Shown here piece by piece: positions 62,762 through 64,000 of a DNA stretch of 64,000 nt (position 1 is its first letter; each line of letters opens with the position of its first letter). The translations under genes and the position numbers were made by a program. This DNA is from Lepidodermella squamata (taxonomy: Eukaryota > Animalia > Gastrotricha). A model generated the notes under the pieces. The model made no database searches and was not told the DNA's origin. It saw only the letters and a list, made by a program, of their open reading frames with translations. The DNA is taken from positions 1-64,000 of the forward strand of contig JBLDXI010000038.1 of NCBI GenBank assembly GCA_047495785.1, in the 5' to 3' direction.

Positions 62762-62843
62762 TGGGCAGGTCCCCGGAGGGGACTGCTGTTAGTCGGAAGC
62801 CGACCCCTCAGTTTTTCTCCGTCCGTAACACCTGCGGCAGCTC
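62762..62843 (-). repeat. Hairpin-forming repeat, copy 2
   Basis: Revcomp reads GAGAAAAACTGAGGGGTCGGCTTCCGACTAACAGCAGTCCCCTCCGGGGACCTGCCCA. Confidence 0.85.
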
Positions 62844-63172
62844 AAGACTTCAAATACTGTTAATCTCTTGAAGATTTTTTTAATTTTTATGAATACTTGT
62901 TTTAATTAGATTTTTTTCTGTGAATATTCAAATTCTGCATTATTGTTATGCAAATTAGGTCTCGCCTAATTTAGAGGGGAGACTGCTCGTGCTGGCTTTA
63001 CCCTCATCGACAGATTTTGTAAGTGAGAGGCGAAAACATCGACGAGAGCAGCATCGTTACACGGTTGTCGCACAGTCCTGTTTGAAAACTAAGGAAGCCG
63101 TGCGGCAGAGAGTATTAACTGCGCCACACGAGAAGAACTTATTGAGGGAGGGTTCTGTTTCAAAAGGAGGTA

Positions 63173-64000
63173 CAGTATAATCTCTATAATCCGGACCTAT
63201 ATATCGCGGACAGCGGCTTAGTGCGGACATTTTTGAGGCGACGGACAGGTGGTGCATTGGAAAATGCAGCCGCCACGTTTCACAAAGCGGACAGCTTAAT
63301 AATCCGGACACATGCTAATTCGGACGTTTCGCGCGCAACACCTGCCATAGTAACACGTGTTATTTGAGCTCTGTAATGCGGACAGTGCGGACAGCAAAAA
63401 TTGACACTTTAATATAATTTACATTTGTTGCGATTTTACTATTTACAAATTTGTTGAGTTTTAAATGTCAGTCGAAAAATCTAAGGCTAAAAAACACACT
63501 TACCATGAATTAAATCACCAAAAACAAGTCGAGCTAATAAGGTTGAGACAAACCGATGAGAAGAAATGGTCATTCCGGGCTTTGGCCGAGCAATTCGGAT
63601 GTGGCAAGACTCAGGCGAATGAAATTTGGAAAGCGCGCGAAGAAATATTGAAACGTGAAACGGACAACGTGAGCAGCAAAAGGTAGATATATTGTAAAAA
63701 AATGTAAAAAAAAATTAATTTTAATTTTAAAATTTCAGATGCCGATTCAACGTGAAAAGATCATTAGCTGAGGTTAATTCGCTGTTGTTCACGTTTTTCT
63801 GCGCAATGTTTTCACGCGGTATGGCCGTTGATGGACCGTTGATTAAAGCTCAGGGGAGAGAATATGCAGAAGCGCTCGGAATTGAAAATTTTTCTGCGAG
63901 TGACGGTTGGCTGTCTGCTTGGAGGAAAAACTTCAACATCGTGTTCAGAAAAGTCGCTGGTGAGGCTGGCGGTGTAAACATTTCAACGCCGATGAAACCG
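63173..64000 (+). mobile_element. Left end of a pogo/Tigger DNA transposon
   Basis: TA + CAGTATAATCTCTATAATCCGGAC terminus, many subterminal CGGAC repeats, and a transposase ORF downstream. Confidence 0.85.
63465..64000 (+). CDS. Tigger/CENP-B-type transposase, N-terminal part (runs off window)
   Basis: HTH SFRALAEQFGCGKTQANEIWK. Intron 63683-63738, then VDGPLIKAQGREYAEALGIENFSASDGWLSAWRKNFNI...GEAG. Confidence 0.88.

Noticed and set aside
1-64000. CRISPR arrays, rRNA genes, prokaryotic operons
   Set aside because: None seen. The sequence is spliceosomal-intron-containing animal DNA.

Overview
Eukaryotic (invertebrate animal) genomic DNA. It is gene-dense, with mostly 45-60 bp GT-AG introns, so most ORF-track entries are exons or shadow ORFs. 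The first 7.9 kb is a 3.5-kb apparently perfect inverted duplication (19-3519 / 4390-7890). It begins right after 18 nt that match my recollection of PacBio barcode bc1003, so it is most likely a whole-genome-amplification chimera at a contig end. Genes in order: a short and a long ICE1-like paralogue pair, LRRC27, a WD40 protein, a single-pass membrane protein and two unknown genes. Next is a minus-strand run of four secreted-protein genes: a Cys/Gly-Met prepropeptide, a signal-peptide ankyrin protein, and two IgGFc-binding N-terminal-domain paralogues, one with a PAN domain and a long Pro/Cys 'RPC'-module tail. These are followed by a non-alpha nAChR subunit, an S1 serine protease, CUL5 (with an intronic MITE), a pseudogene, two intronless genes (one glycosyltransferase-like), an ABCC/MRP transporter, and prosaposin with a derived mini-saposin. 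The window ends with a TE-remnant region, a fungal-type GT71 mannosyltransferase gene flanked by an inverted pair of hairpin-forming repeats, and the left end of a pogo/Tigger transposon. Exon boundaries were read by eye and homology calls come from motif recognition, not searches.
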